A stretch of 62,144 nucleotides of DNA, counting the filler, from Stramenopiles sp. TOSAG23-3 (taxonomy: Eukaryota): assembly GCA_900128585.1 (NCBI GenBank). It is 6 parts of 6 records of this genome, joined end to end, with 100 filler letters (N's around TTAATTAATTAA, not from the genome) between each part and the next. Parts side by side here need not be neighbours in the genome. Positions count along the whole stretch, not along the records: positions 1 to 18,682 come from LT642422.1; 5 more parts are not named here. One strand, written 5' to 3'. Of this stretch, positions 1 to 11,000 are shown one piece after another; position 1 is the first letter of the stretch, and each line of letters starts with the position of its first letter. Both the position numbers and the translations under genes were made by a program. The notes below the pieces were generated by a model that ran no database searches, was not told where the DNA came from, and saw only the letters and a program-made list of their open reading frames with translations.

Positions 1-479
1 CTTTTAGTAATAAAATTTGAAAATAAAATATTTTTTAATATAGACACAATAAGAGAAAGAAGAGAAGAAAGACTTAACAATAATAAAATAATTACCACCA
101 ATTCTTCTTATTATTATATTTACTAGTCCTAATAACCCATCATCATCATTAGTAGCTATATTATATAATAATATATAATAATAAAGAATGACATATTATT
201 ATCTATAGTGATTGAAAGTATTCATCATTCCGGGCATTTTTTATGTTTAGGAAAAGACAGAATAAAGGAATGAAATCAGAATGGGAAAGCAATTATTTTC
301 TTTTTTATTAAAATTAAAACTGATAGTCATACATATTTCGCTTTCACCCGTTAATTGTGCTTCTCTCGTTTAGCAGAGTTTGTTTGCAAGCAGGGATTAC
401 TCGGAGTTTGCGCTTGTTGGTGGTATAGAATACATACTCGGTCGGGCAAACCCTGGATCTCAGAAACAACGGTGGCAGC

Positions 480-3400
480 ATGTCAGAAACAAACGGTGAC
501 ATTATGATTGTCGACCAGGAAGCAAAGGGGCTTATTAAAAAAGTTCAATGGCTGTCTTTGACATCCTTTAGTACCGACGATAAGGATCTTGGCCATCAGG
601 TTGCGGACTTACTTCTGGAGGCCGTAGTGAACTCTTGCAAAAGCGTTAGAGAAGAAGCTGAGTTTTTAGGGTTTGAAGACCCTGATTTTGGACCAGCATT
701 GAGCGCGCTTGGGCAGCAAGCCAAAGACAATATGTACTCATGGGGAATACAAGCGAATGCAAAATTGTTCGATAAATTAAGGAGCGAAAGCAACCGGCGG
801 GAGATCGAATTAGAGGGCATGAACAAAGTGGGTGAAAAAGCAGTCTTCATGTCCGTCAAAGAGACTTTCGACGAGGAGGAGGACTCTGACGAGGAGACGG
901 ACGCGCGAGATGTTGAAATGGAAGGGGACATAAAGGATTGGAAAAAATCGCTAAAGCCAAAAAATTTTTGGAAATGGGAAAGGATCAGGGATGCTGAATA
1001 TAGAACTAGCACTTTGTTTGGAAAAGGCGCGATGCCATCTGGGCCTAAGCAGGGCTGCCTGAACGATTCCTGGCTCACGAACGCAATGTCCTTGGTTGCC
1101 ACCAGGCGCCATATGCTAATGGGTATCCGCGATACACACCAAAGTATCTTTCATTTTCCGTCATCACCTTCTGTCAATTACGACTCAAGAAAACTAGGAG
1201 TATTCGTCGTTCGCTTATTCTTCAATTTTCGTTGGCATTTTGTACTCGTTGATGATCGATTTGTTTGCACGGAGGAAGCAAACGGCAACAGGTTGCTGTT
1301 GTTCTGCCACAACGAAAATCCAAAAGAAATGTGGGCAGCATTGTGCGAGAAAGCTTACGCAAAAGCGTGCGGTAGCTACGAGGCCCTTAACTTTGGATAT
1401 GTAAAGGAAGCATTGCAATCACTTACAGGCGGAAACGTTGGCGAGTACATGGTACAAAAAATGTCCACGACTTTTCTTACGGACCAGACAAAGTCTATGT
1501 TCTGGAAAGAATTGAAGGGCAAAATTTCTCAAGGAAGTTGCTTGGTTGGCTGCGTCTTCGAAAGCGGAAGTTCTACCGCAAAAGATGCTTCCAACCCACT
1601 AGCTTTAGACACAAAGACTGGGTTAATTGTGAAGCATCCTTACATTATTGTGGATGCCAAAGACATTAAAGTCGCAAAGGAGCACGTTACTACCGAGGAC
1701 GGAACGGCTCGGGTCCTGCGACTACGGAATGTTGCTGGGCCTACGAATTGGCAAAAGCAGTGGGGGGATCAAGATAGTGTTTCGGCAAAATATAAGAAAG
1801 TCCTTCGAAAAAGTTTCAAACAAATAGAAGTAGCGCATGATGGGTTTGGTACGTCATATGTTGAAGGCTATGACTTTGAAACGTCCCAATCCGACTTTCT
1901 GATCTCATTGGAAGACTGGCAGACTTATTTTCAGAGAGCCTTCGTTGTAAACGAGAAAAGTGGGTTTGGCGTCGAGACGGACGATTACAACGTCAAAATC
2001 GAAACCGGGGAATCTAAAGGCTCGTGGGACAAAGGGATCGAATTTCGCTTGCAGCCAAAAATAGTGAGCGAGGAAGAGCGAGCTCGAAAGAGCCTTTCTG
2101 TTACTGGACAGGAAATGCAAGAATATGCAACAGTAATTATTACGTTGTGGCAAGAGGATAGGCGTATGAACGTGGGCTACGCTTCGTTGACCGAACGGCG
2201 CAAGATGAAAATGGTTGTGATGAAAAAGAGCGAATCGATAGACAATATTAGAGAGGTTATATCTGGGACCAAGCCCGCTAAAAATCAACCAAAAGTAATC
2301 GATGGCGCTTTGTTCACATCAACAATTCAGAAGATGGAAACGGGAGAGGCTTACTTTATCCAGCCAAACTTGGCAACACAGGCAAAGAAGGCCCCTGCAA
2401 TTCGAACTTGGCTAGTCGTAGAAGCAGATGCTCCCTTCACACTTAAGCCGGTGAAAGGGAAAAAAACCTCTCATATCGATTTTCTGCAAACTGTTATCTG
2501 TGAACCAGAAAAAGGTTTTGTCGTCCAATCGAGCCCTAGGGTGAACCCCCCAAAAGGGCACGAAGATTTTGTTCGAAGAAACGCGGACGTACGACAATTG
2601 TCTTTGCAAAAGTTGATGCAGCTGGGCGATGAAGAGGCAGCATGGCAGATTTCAGTAAACACAATCAAGGAGGAAAAACATGCAGTTGAAAATGCCGGTG
2701 CAAAACAAGAAGAGAAGGACAGTGATTCTGAAGATGACGACGATAAAATAGATGACCCCCGTATTCAATTGTGGAAAAGCATCAGAAAGGAAGAGTGGGA
2801 TGCTGATCCACCAGCGTTCGATGATGTCGAGGAGCGCAATGTATCCCCCAAGAAAAGACCGAACGAACAGGCTCTCCCGTCGTACGAAGACGGGTACGGA
2901 ATTATTGACGCCGAAGCCGAGGAGAGAGCACTCAAGAGCGCTGCAATGATGGCATTGCCATATGAAGAGATCAAACACGAAAATGGAACTTTTGCGCCGC
3001 CCAAATCTCCCTTCAAATCTCCTAAATTGTCAGGAGAGAGCACGATAGTTTTTAGAGGAATGCTTATCATGAATGTTGCACCCACCGATGGTGAGCCGGA
3101 GGACACTTTCGTGTTAGTGACCGTCACAGAAACGGTAGAACCATACTCAATGCTATTTGAAGTCACGCACCCTGGCACCAGCACGAGTGCTTCGAGAACA
3201 TTTACAACTACGAATATGGAAAATATTATCGCCAACAAGCCGCGATCAATGAGGTCTGTGGACGAAGAATCTGACCCAAGGTATTTGGACTCAGAAGAGG
3301 CCGTGCAGCGATGGATAGACACCGGCGATTTGCCTGACCATGACGATCTTGTCACGTGGCTGATAGGACGCATGAAGTTTACCTTGAAAGATGAACAACT

Positions 3401-5057
3401 TATAATTCCTACTATCGACAAAATCAAAGAAAGCAAGAAAGAGGAGGAAGACGGCGATTCCAGCGACGAAATAGAAATGAGCCAGTACGAGGACGAAGAC
3501 GAGTCTGATGCTGAGAGTTGGGGCCCAATTATGGACGAAATTGGCGATCAGGGCATGGTAGAGGAAGAGGATTCCGAGTCCGAAACCGAAGAGGAAGACG
3601 AAGAGTCATGGAATTCTGACGAGCTAAACGCTCAAGCGGACGCAGCAGTTCGTAAGAATATGAAAGGAAGCACCGCCAGAGAGATGATGGATACAGCTGG
3701 CGTATACTTGAAACCTACTGATCCATTTGCTCGTGCTAGCTGGGCGGCGAAGATGGACCTGAAACGCACTAAAGAGTTGGAAATCCGGAGGGCAAAAATA
3801 GCAAAAGTGCGCGAAGACACAATATACCGAAAATCTAGGGAAAAGCGAGCAAAAGAAGCATACACCAAGCACATGAAACATTTGCAAGCCAAGGAGTTAG
3901 GACGAGCTATCATGTTGCAAGAAATGGCATTAACGATAGAGGAGAAAGCAAAACGGAGTGTAGCGCGGGACATGCGCTTGAAACGTACGATGCGAAGCCA
4001 GACAAACCCATATAAACAAAATGGACAAAAAAGTTTGCCGGGGACGGTTATTGGGCCAGGACCGATCAGTGCAACGGCATATGACGATGCTGGCGCCCTG
4101 CGGCAAGCACGAGAAAATAGCAAATACGTGTTTGATATGAATGGTAGACGCCATCGGCGTAAAGACATGGGGACAGCAGACGAAAATAACCCGGTAGAGC
4201 GTGTTATAAATCGAATAAAGAGGCTGGCAGAAGTTAAGTCTGCTGGGTGGCATCTCGATTTGCGAAAGCCGTTTGCCCAATTCGATAAAAATGGGGATGG
4301 AATGTTGTCTCACGACGAATTTGTAGATGGACTAGAAGAAATTGGCGTACAGTGCAGCGAAGAAGAAGTAAACGCCTTACTGAATCATTTTGACACGAAC
4401 AACAATGGAACAATCAACTTTCAAGAGTTTGTCTGGTCTTTCTTTAATCGTAGAAATTTGATTTCACAATGGAGACTGCAAAAAGGACCAGGAAAAAGGG
4501 GAGTTAAAAGTTTTTTGAATTCATTTTATAAATACGACGTTGATGGCTCCGGAAAATTAGGAAGAAAAGAGTTCCTGTATGCCGTGCAAGATCTGGGACT
4601 GAAGTTGCCAGAATGGCAAGTTGAAAGTTTAGCAGATAGATTTGACGCAGACAGAGATGGGCTGATTTCGCCGACAGAATTCATCGCGTTTATGGACAGT
4701 CTCTCCCTTGGATTTCAGAAAGAGAAGAAAAAGGCCCAACAGGAACAGCGTCAGAAACATATGGAGTCCAAGTTAAAGAGCCCAAGAACAATACAAAAGA
4801 CAAACGAACGATTAGAATACGAAACGATGTCCCTAAAAGTGAAAGCCCAGCGCGATGAAATAAGGAGATTGAAGGCTTTTGTTGAGGCCCAAGAGAGAGA
4901 CCTAGACAAAAGACCTGGTCGCTTACAGGAGCGCTTGAAACAAACCAACGGCACAGAAAACGGGGAGAACGAAAGCTTAGATGGTTTCAATCGCAGCGAA
5001 ATATCCATGAACAACCCAGAATACAGCGAAGAAGATGGGGATGACGGGGAGTATTGA
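480..5057 (+). CDS. Calpain-like (CysPc) protein with C-terminal EF-hands; catalytic Cys replaced by Ser
   Basis: 1525-aa ORF with calpain motifs QGCLNDSWL (canonical QGxLGDCW), WHFVLVDDRF, MWAALCEKAYAKACGSYEAL, LQSLTGG, KHPY and LRLRN; four EF-hand loops (DKNGDGMLSHDE, DTNNNGTINFQE, DVDGSGKLGRKE, DADRDGLISPTE); acidic and coiled-coil stretches. Confidence 0.9.
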   Translation: MSETNGDIMIVDQEAKGLIKKVQWLSLTSFSTDDKDLGHQVADLLLEAVVNSCKSVREEAEFLGFEDPDFGPALSALGQQAKDNMYSWGIQANAKLFDKLRSESNRREIELEGMNKVGEKAVFMSVKETFDEEEDSDEETDARDVEMEGDIKDWKKSLKPKNFWKWERIRDAEYRTSTLFGKGAMPSGPKQGCLNDSWLTNAMSLVATRRHMLMGIRDTHQSIFHFPSSPSVNYDSRKLGVFVVRLFFNFRWHFVLVDDRFVCTEEANGNRLLLFCHNENPKEMWAALCEKAYAKACGSYEALNFGYVKEALQSLTGGNVGEYMVQKMSTTFLTDQTKSMFWKELKGKISQGSCLVGCVFESGSSTAKDASNPLALDTKTGLIVKHPYIIVDAKDIKVAKEHVTTEDGTARVLRLRNVAGPTNWQKQWGDQDSVSAKYKKVLRKSFKQIEVAHDGFGTSYVEGYDFETSQSDFLISLEDWQTYFQRAFVVNEKSGFGVETDDYNVKIETGESKGSWDKGIEFRLQPKIVSEEERARKSLSVTGQEMQEYATVIITLWQEDRRMNVGYASLTERRKMKMVVMKKSESIDNIREVISGTKPAKNQPKVIDGALFTSTIQKMETGEAYFIQPNLATQAKKAPAIRTWLVVEADAPFTLKPVKGKKTSHIDFLQTVICEPEKGFVVQSSPRVNPPKGHEDFVRRNADVRQLSLQKLMQLGDEEAAWQISVNTIKEEKHAVENAGAKQEEKDSDSEDDDDKIDDPRIQLWKSIRKEEWDADPPAFDDVEERNVSPKKRPNEQALPSYEDGYGIIDAEAEERALKSAAMMALPYEEIKHENGTFAPPKSPFKSPKLSGESTIVFRGMLIMNVAPTDGEPEDTFVLVTVTETVEPYSMLFEVTHPGTSTSASRTFTTTNMENIIANKPRSMRSVDEESDPRYLDSEEAVQRWIDTGDLPDHDDLVTWLIGRMKFTLKDEQLIIPTIDKIKESKKEEEDGDSSDEIEMSQYEDEDESDAESWGPIMDEIGDQGMVEEEDSESETEEEDEESWNSDELNAQADAAVRKNMKGSTAREMMDTAGVYLKPTDPFARASWAAKMDLKRTKELEIRRAKIAKVREDTIYRKSREKRAKEAYTKHMKHLQAKELGRAIMLQEMALTIEEKAKRSVARDMRLKRTMRSQTNPYKQNGQKSLPGTVIGPGPISATAYDDAGALRQARENSKYVFDMNGRRHRRKDMGTADENNPVERVINRIKRLAEVKSAGWHLDLRKPFAQFDKNGDGMLSHDEFVDGLEEIGVQCSEEEVNALLNHFDTNNNGTINFQEFVWSFFNRRNLISQWRLQKGPGKRGVKSFLNSFYKYDVDGSGKLGRKEFLYAVQDLGLKLPEWQVESLADRFDADRDGLISPTEFIAFMDSLSLGFQKEKKKAQQEQRQKHMESKLKSPRTIQKTNERLEYETMSLKVKAQRDEIRRLKAFVEAQERDLDKRPGRLQERLKQTNGTENGENESLDGFNRSEISMNNPEYSEEDGDDGEY

Positions 5058-5143
5058 AAATGCACCTAAAAATTTTGAGGAAAAAAAAACACCTATGATA
5101 TGAAAAAACAAATTATATAGTATGTTTTGATATCATAATAATG

Positions 5144-5890
5144 AAAACAAAATACTGGCGGTTATTTGCGCAAGTATTTAAAATTATGTATTAAAAAAGA
5201 AGGTGTCAGTTCAAGAGCAATATCTCCTCCAATTATAGATCCTCCCCAACTTCTGTTCAAGATTTCCAATTGGCAAGTAAACAGCGGCATAAATGTTTTC
5301 AAAGGCGCTCGTTTTCTGTTGTACTGCTCGAGATGAAAGAATGATCGGTAATGAGTTTGATCTTGTAAAGATCTTTCCCAAGTTCTGGTCAAGATTCCAA
5401 TTGGCCATATAAAAAAAAACTAATTATATTTTGGCCATATAATTTATTTAAAGTGATTGACGATCAACGAAACGAAATTAAAAAATCAAATTAAAACATA
5501 AAGACAGGACTAGGGTTGGAACTGAAATCGTAATTGATATAAAAAATGAGAGTTTTATAAAGCATACCATATAAAAAACTAATGATATATAGTATGTTTT
5601 AAGACTCTCAAGATTATCCCAATTGTAGAACTGATCTAATTTTGCGACTGCTAAAAATCATATCATTCCTACGATATTGCATACCATATATAATTTGTTT
5701 TGATTGGCTATCTAGATTTAGAATTTATTTAATTGAGCATGAAGGAATGTAAACCTTGAATGTCTAAATCTAGAGTTCAGTTCGCAGTACATTAATTTTA
5801 ATTACTTAAATTACAGGGCCAATTTTCTTGCTTTTAATTTATTAGCCTTAATGATATACTTTTTAAAATAACAGCCAACTTTTTGTTTTT
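5144..5890. repeat. AT-rich dispersed repeat element bounded by variant AAAAACAAGAAAATTGGCTGTTA inverted motifs
   Basis: Motif variants at 5144-5164 (+), 5812-5835 (-) and 5869-5890 (-); interior blocks match 21061-21205, 42773-42989 and 43390-43452. Confidence 0.75.
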
Positions 5891-6224
5891 AAAATTATAT
5901 TGATTAGTAAAACCACAAGAGCAGAGCAAAGTTCGTAGTACATGAAGGTACGTAAATCTTTAATGTGTAGATTTTCGCGGTACACGAGAAAGATTAATTT
6001 TAATAATATTACACTTAAAATCAGCCGCGATAAAATATAATATATATTTTATTGTTAAACAAAATAATGGGGCTGTTAATTTATAAAATATTAGAGTAAT
6101 AATTCTTACTCAATATGTACGATTTAGTAAATTAAGTCTTACGCGTACGAATTAGTTAAGTCTCACCAACCCAGAAGATTTTGAGACTACCAGCGCAAAG
6201 TTTCCAACGTTCGCACAGTCTACG

Positions 6225-7262
6225 CTACGGGGTGTAGTACATTGCTTTGTCCTTCTGACGTAGATCCTTAGTGGCCTGACTTTCATTATTTGGTTTTAGC
6301 CAGAGGTCTGTCTCATGCATTCGGAAAAAGACACCAAGACTTTTGCAGGACTTGAAGGAATCACCGTATTCATGGATATCCAAAAGGTCCGAGTTCATTT
6401 TCAGCCCTTTGCTTCTTTTTTTCTTGATTTCCTTCAAAGCCTTTCGCAGCTTAACTTGGGTTTTCTTCTCCGCTTTTTCGGTTCGAAAAAAGATGTCGAC
6501 CAAAGTGGGAAGCATATCTAAATCCCCTTTGGCAAGAACTGGACGCACGATCGCGGTCAAAGATTCACGATCCCAGGTTTTGACGTTCTTGATGTCAAAA
6601 GCATCTTTGGCATTTGCAGACATGGTACCACCGTTTTCAGATGAGACTTGGCTTTGCAAGGAGCTTTCGGAGGAAGCTTCACTGTTGGAACTGTCGCTTT
6701 CCGATATGTCTCTCAGGTCTGATACTGGATCCGATTTTTCCAGTTCATAGACGCGCTTTTGAGCCTGATCACGATCGGCTTTGATCTTCTGCAAATTTGC
6801 TTCAAGTTGCCCCACTTTAGCCTGGGTGTCGCACAGCTTTTGCTGAACCTGATCACGGTCGGCTTTGGTCTTCTGCAAATTTGCTTCAAGTTGCCCCACT
6901 TTAGCCTGGGTGTCGCATAGCTTTTGCTGAGCCTGATCACGGTCGGCCTCGGTCTTCTGCAGACTTGCTTCAAGTCGCTCCACTTCAGCCTGATCGTTGG
7001 TGTGGCGGCCAGTGTGCGGATAATCGCCTTCCACAGTTTTTGCTCTTTTTTGGACGTAATCTTTATCGTCATCTTGGCGCTTTCGCTTCTCCAACAAGCG
7101 CTTGATATGGTTTCTGTTTTGGATCCCTAGAATCAATGCAGTTGCAGCTGGGAGGTACCGCAAAGCATCCCCCGGTCCGATTCCACTGTTGGCAATGGCG
7201 GCACGGACAAAAGGAGGAGTCGCATCAGCCACTAGTCCTGTCACTGATTTGACTAAGTCCAT
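6225..7262 (-). CDS. Orphan coiled-coil protein with 28-aa tandem repeats
   Basis: ORF track starts at TTG 7277; first ATG at 7262 (MDLVKS). GC-richer coding-like island with a hydrophobic segment (YLPAATALILGI) and repeats QAKVGQLEANLQKTKADRDQVQQKLCDT; no recognisable family. Confidence 0.7.
   Translation of the reverse strand: MDLVKSVTGLVADATPPFVRAAIANSGIGPGDALRYLPAATALILGIQNRNHIKRLLEKRKRQDDDKDYVQKRAKTVEGDYPHTGRHTNDQAEVERLEASLQKTEADRDQAQQKLCDTQAKVGQLEANLQKTKADRDQVQQKLCDTQAKVGQLEANLQKIKADRDQAQKRVYELEKSDPVSDLRDISESDSSNSEASSESSLQSQVSSENGGTMSANAKDAFDIKNVKTWDRESLTAIVRPVLAKGDLDMLPTLVDIFFRTEKAEKKTQVKLRKALKEIKKKRSKGLKMNSDLLDIHEYGDSFKSCKSLGVFFRMHETDLWLKPNNESQATKDLRQKDKAMYYTP
6760..6995. repeat. 84-bp intragenic tandem repeat, about 2.75 units
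   Basis: CCTGATCACG recurs at 6764, 6848 and 6932; units nearly identical. Confidence 0.9.
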
Positions 7263-7657
7263 TTCAATTTGATTCAAAGAGAGAGTTTCTGTTAGTATTT
7301 GTTTATTTTTCTTCTAAAATATTAATTTGCTTAATTGCCAATTAATGAATTATTTCTTTAAATTTATGCTATATTTGTTTTCAAATCATTTGATAGATCG
7401 CTTTTTATTCAGCTGGGGTGTTGTAAAGGAAACTGTAATTTGGTCGTTCGTTTTATGGTTGGGTACGGTAGTATTATTATAAGCGGAGTGCCCAAGCCTT
7501 CTTCTTGTTTTATTAGACACGCACTCTAATTATTTTTTGTTCCGCCGTCCTCTAGTTGAAGCCCTGACCATTTCATTGCTGTGCCTATATTGAATAAGAA
7601 TGAATCAATGAATAAAATACGGAGATTTAGTGCTGTATTTTGTATAGAATATATTTA

Positions 7658-7930
7658 TCTTTTCACAATCGGTGGAAAGTTGGTTTATTACTCCTCATAT
7701 TCCTCACACCTAAAAAATAGGAAATGTCAGTACATGAACACACCACTATCAATGCGTGGTGGAGTGAAAATAAACTTAACTATTTTTTGTGAAATAAAAA
7801 AACATTTATAATATGCTAATTCGATGTATTAGTTAAAAATCACCCTTATGGTGTGTTCATAATGTACTGAAGTTTCCTATTTTTTAGGTGTGATATATAA
7901 TAAACCAACTTTCCACCGATTGTGAAAAGA
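7658..7930. mobile_element. 273-bp foldback/MITE-like element with long terminal inverted repeats
   Basis: TCTTTTCACAATCGGTGGAAAGTTGGTTTATTA (7658-7690) is perfectly inverted at 7898-7930; a second inverted block pairs ~7705-7745 with ~7848-7892; no ORF and no clear target-site duplication. Confidence 0.65.
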
Positions 7931-8083
7931 ACAATTATTCTTCTTTACTCATTTTACCGGTACGTACGTACCGGTAACGACCATTCATCAACAAAGTTTT
8001 AACTTGGTTAAAAACCAAATTGTTGAGAGCAAGCACAGCACCATTTCAAAAACCGAACTTCCCTTCCCCCTCTCTTTCACCCA

Positions 8084-11000
8084 CTAATTTTCATTATTTT
8101 TTTCCTTTTCACGCTCTTCTACCAGTTTCAAATTTTGCTGTGCCAACTCATCAAGGTTTTCAAAACTAAAAGCACGTACAGCACGAGTAAGACCAGTCCC
8201 TGAACCATCGCTCGTGTCACTGCCGTCACTTTTCATGTAAACGAGCGAGCTTGGCCCCATTGGTCGGTCACGAGACTTCCCTAGCCCTTTTTTTTTCGTG
8301 GTCGTTGGAGTCAAATGCAGATAATCTTTCGCCACGTTGGCCAGGTTTAAATCCTTTGGCGTGGGGCTCCCGTTCCGTTTCTGCACTGGGCTATCAGCGC
8401 GGTCACCAGTGCTTCCTAGAGCATCCATCGATTCAATAAATTCCAGAACGTTATTTTCACCTGAGTGCATCTTATGCAGAGCGTTCAGCATGTTGTCACT
8501 ACCTTTCTTCAATTCATCTAAATTATCTGTCGTGGCAGACTTTCCAGGAGGTGGACTCCCTGCCCTCGGCGACTCTGCCCTTAGCTTTGAAGCATCTTCT
8601 GGCGTCAGCACACTTGACACATTGCCTGAGACACCATCCCCAGCACCCTCTTCGGCACCTTCCTCGTGGACAATCGCCGAGCCACTTTCTTCGTCCTGAA
8701 GCAGCTCCTTTAGGTCTTCCAATTCTCTGTTGTCAAAATAACTGGTATCAAATGCATTTTCTAAAACAGGGATAAACGGCGGATCGCTTTTGTAAAGACC
8801 ATCAAAATCGACTCCTTCAAACACTCGGTGCGACATGATCTCCTTGGCCCCATACCGTACTTTGGGGTTTACCTGCAACAGTTTATCGATAAGGTCGTGT
8901 GCGGGTTGGGAAATATACTCTTCTCCAGGCCAACGAAAGTTTCGGGTTTTGATATTTGTAAATATTTCTTCAACTGTCTCTGCATTAAATGGTGGCACGC
9001 CGCAAAGGAGTTCATAAACAATCACACCCAGGGCCCAATAATCAACAGAAAAAGTGTGCGATTTCCCAAGTAGCAGCTCTGGGGCCAAATAGTCAGGAGT
9101 ACCGCGGCAATCATTTTCTCCCGTGCTCCCTTTCGTACCACTATCATCCTCCATTTTGTCCGCGGCCAAGTCTTCATAAGAGGAACCACGGGCACCCAGG
9201 GCGGTCAGCCCATTGACACTGCTTTCGCGTCTCATGATAAGGAGGTCTGGGAGGTTTTTATTTGACGAATCGCGGACTAGCTTGACGGAAGACGGCAAAA
9301 GTAGGGATGGATCCTCTGGGTCTAATTCGAACGATAAGCTATCCCTGGACAGTTTGAGGCTGTCGACAGATACCCTGCTAGACACCGTAGCAATGTTCTC
9401 CCTTCCACCTTCTTCCGATATCGCCGATAGTCGAGGAGTCACACTTTTTCCGGATCCTGCACTAAAACTGCTACCCTGCTCGTCCCAAGACGTCCGTTCG
9501 TTTTCCGTGGAAAACTTCTGCGGCAGCAGCCGATCGAACAAAGTCAAACCGCCTCGTAGACTGTTTCCAAGGACTTTGCTCGCACTTTCCAAAAATCCTT
9601 TGCTATCGCTTACTTTGATGGGCTGCAGCTCACTCACTCGGGTTCCATTTCGCTTTTTCCATTTGGTTGCCCCGCTCTCAGCAAGGGCTTTGCCCTCTGA
9701 ACCAGAATTGCTTTGCTCCAACTCACGTTCTAAGATCGACGAACCGCTGGTACTGCCGTTATGGAGAATGCTGGATTCGTACGCCAACCTGGATCGTTCT
9801 AAGGTAGATACACGTAATGTGCTGGATCTCGACCGCCGGTGACGGTTGGTTCTTCTCTGCACACCGTCCTCAGACAGACCAAAGTCCGTTAGCTTAATGT
9901 GACCCCCTCGCCCAATGAGAATATTGTCCGGTTTCAAGTCACGATGCACGCAGCCAGATGCATGCAAAGACTTCAAGGCCAGCACAATCTCGCCGACATA
10001 AATTCTCACAATGTCCTCCTCCAGCGCCCCTAGGTTGACTAACAGGGAGTGCAGGTCACCACCAGGCTGGTATTCCATCAGCAAGAACAAATTCTTGGAG
10101 GTTTGAAAGGAGTAAATAAGTTTCACTACAAACGGGTTGTTTAGCTTCAAATTAGTCATGATGTTCCGCTCTTTCCTCACCCGCTTAGTTTCGTTTTTGT
10201 GCTTCATCTCTGCTTTGCTCAAAACTTTCGCAGCGTAAAGATCCCCAGTGTTTTTCTTAGACACTAGATATACCCGCCCAAACGCACCTTTAGAAATTGG
10301 TTTAATGATGTTGAAGTCGTGTATAGTGACTTTTTTTGGCGAAATCTTTCGCCGGGAGCCGTCCAGCAAATTTCGGGACACAGCGTCTAAACCTTTCTTA
10401 TTTATTTTGTGAATGTTGTTGGCCTCCACCTTGGGGTCATAGTGGAACGAGATTGCTCTTCGGTAGCGTATGTCTCCACCGCCACCTCCCCGCAGCGATT
10501 TCGGGACGAGCGCGTCTAAGCACTCATCGTTATCTAAACACGGGAAGAATGGGACGTTGAATTCGGTGCGTTCATCGTTGCTGCCCCGACCCGCCGCGTC
10601 TGTAGCGCCTTCGTTCCGACCATTGCCAAATTTGGACCCCGAGTTGATCTTGGCCCCAGGGCCTAGGATCATTTTCCTTCCTTTGGTCAGGGCTGGCGAA
10701 AGGGGAAGCATCGCTATGGAGTCCAGCTCAAACGCTTTTACAACAATGGTTCTGGTCGACACATGCTTTCTGGAAATGTATGCCGAAAGCTTATGAAGAA
10801 CACCGACTAGCCTGTAATTGTCCGAGCAGCGCTTCACCAAACCTTTGACCAGCCTCGAACACTCGCCGAGGACGTGGGTCGCGGTGGGGTCGTCCGGGGC
10901 AACTTCTGTCGCGTTATCTACAACTCGGTTGACCTCTTGCAAAATGTCTTTTGGCCACGCCTTCGCGTATTTGGCTAAATAATGCGCCCTTAATTTTGCC

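Noticed and set aside
596-4313. Long antisense ORFs inside real genes (also 9213-9842, 30119-30598, 58621-59106 and others)
   Set aside because: Shadow frames of codon-biased genes with no motifs of their own
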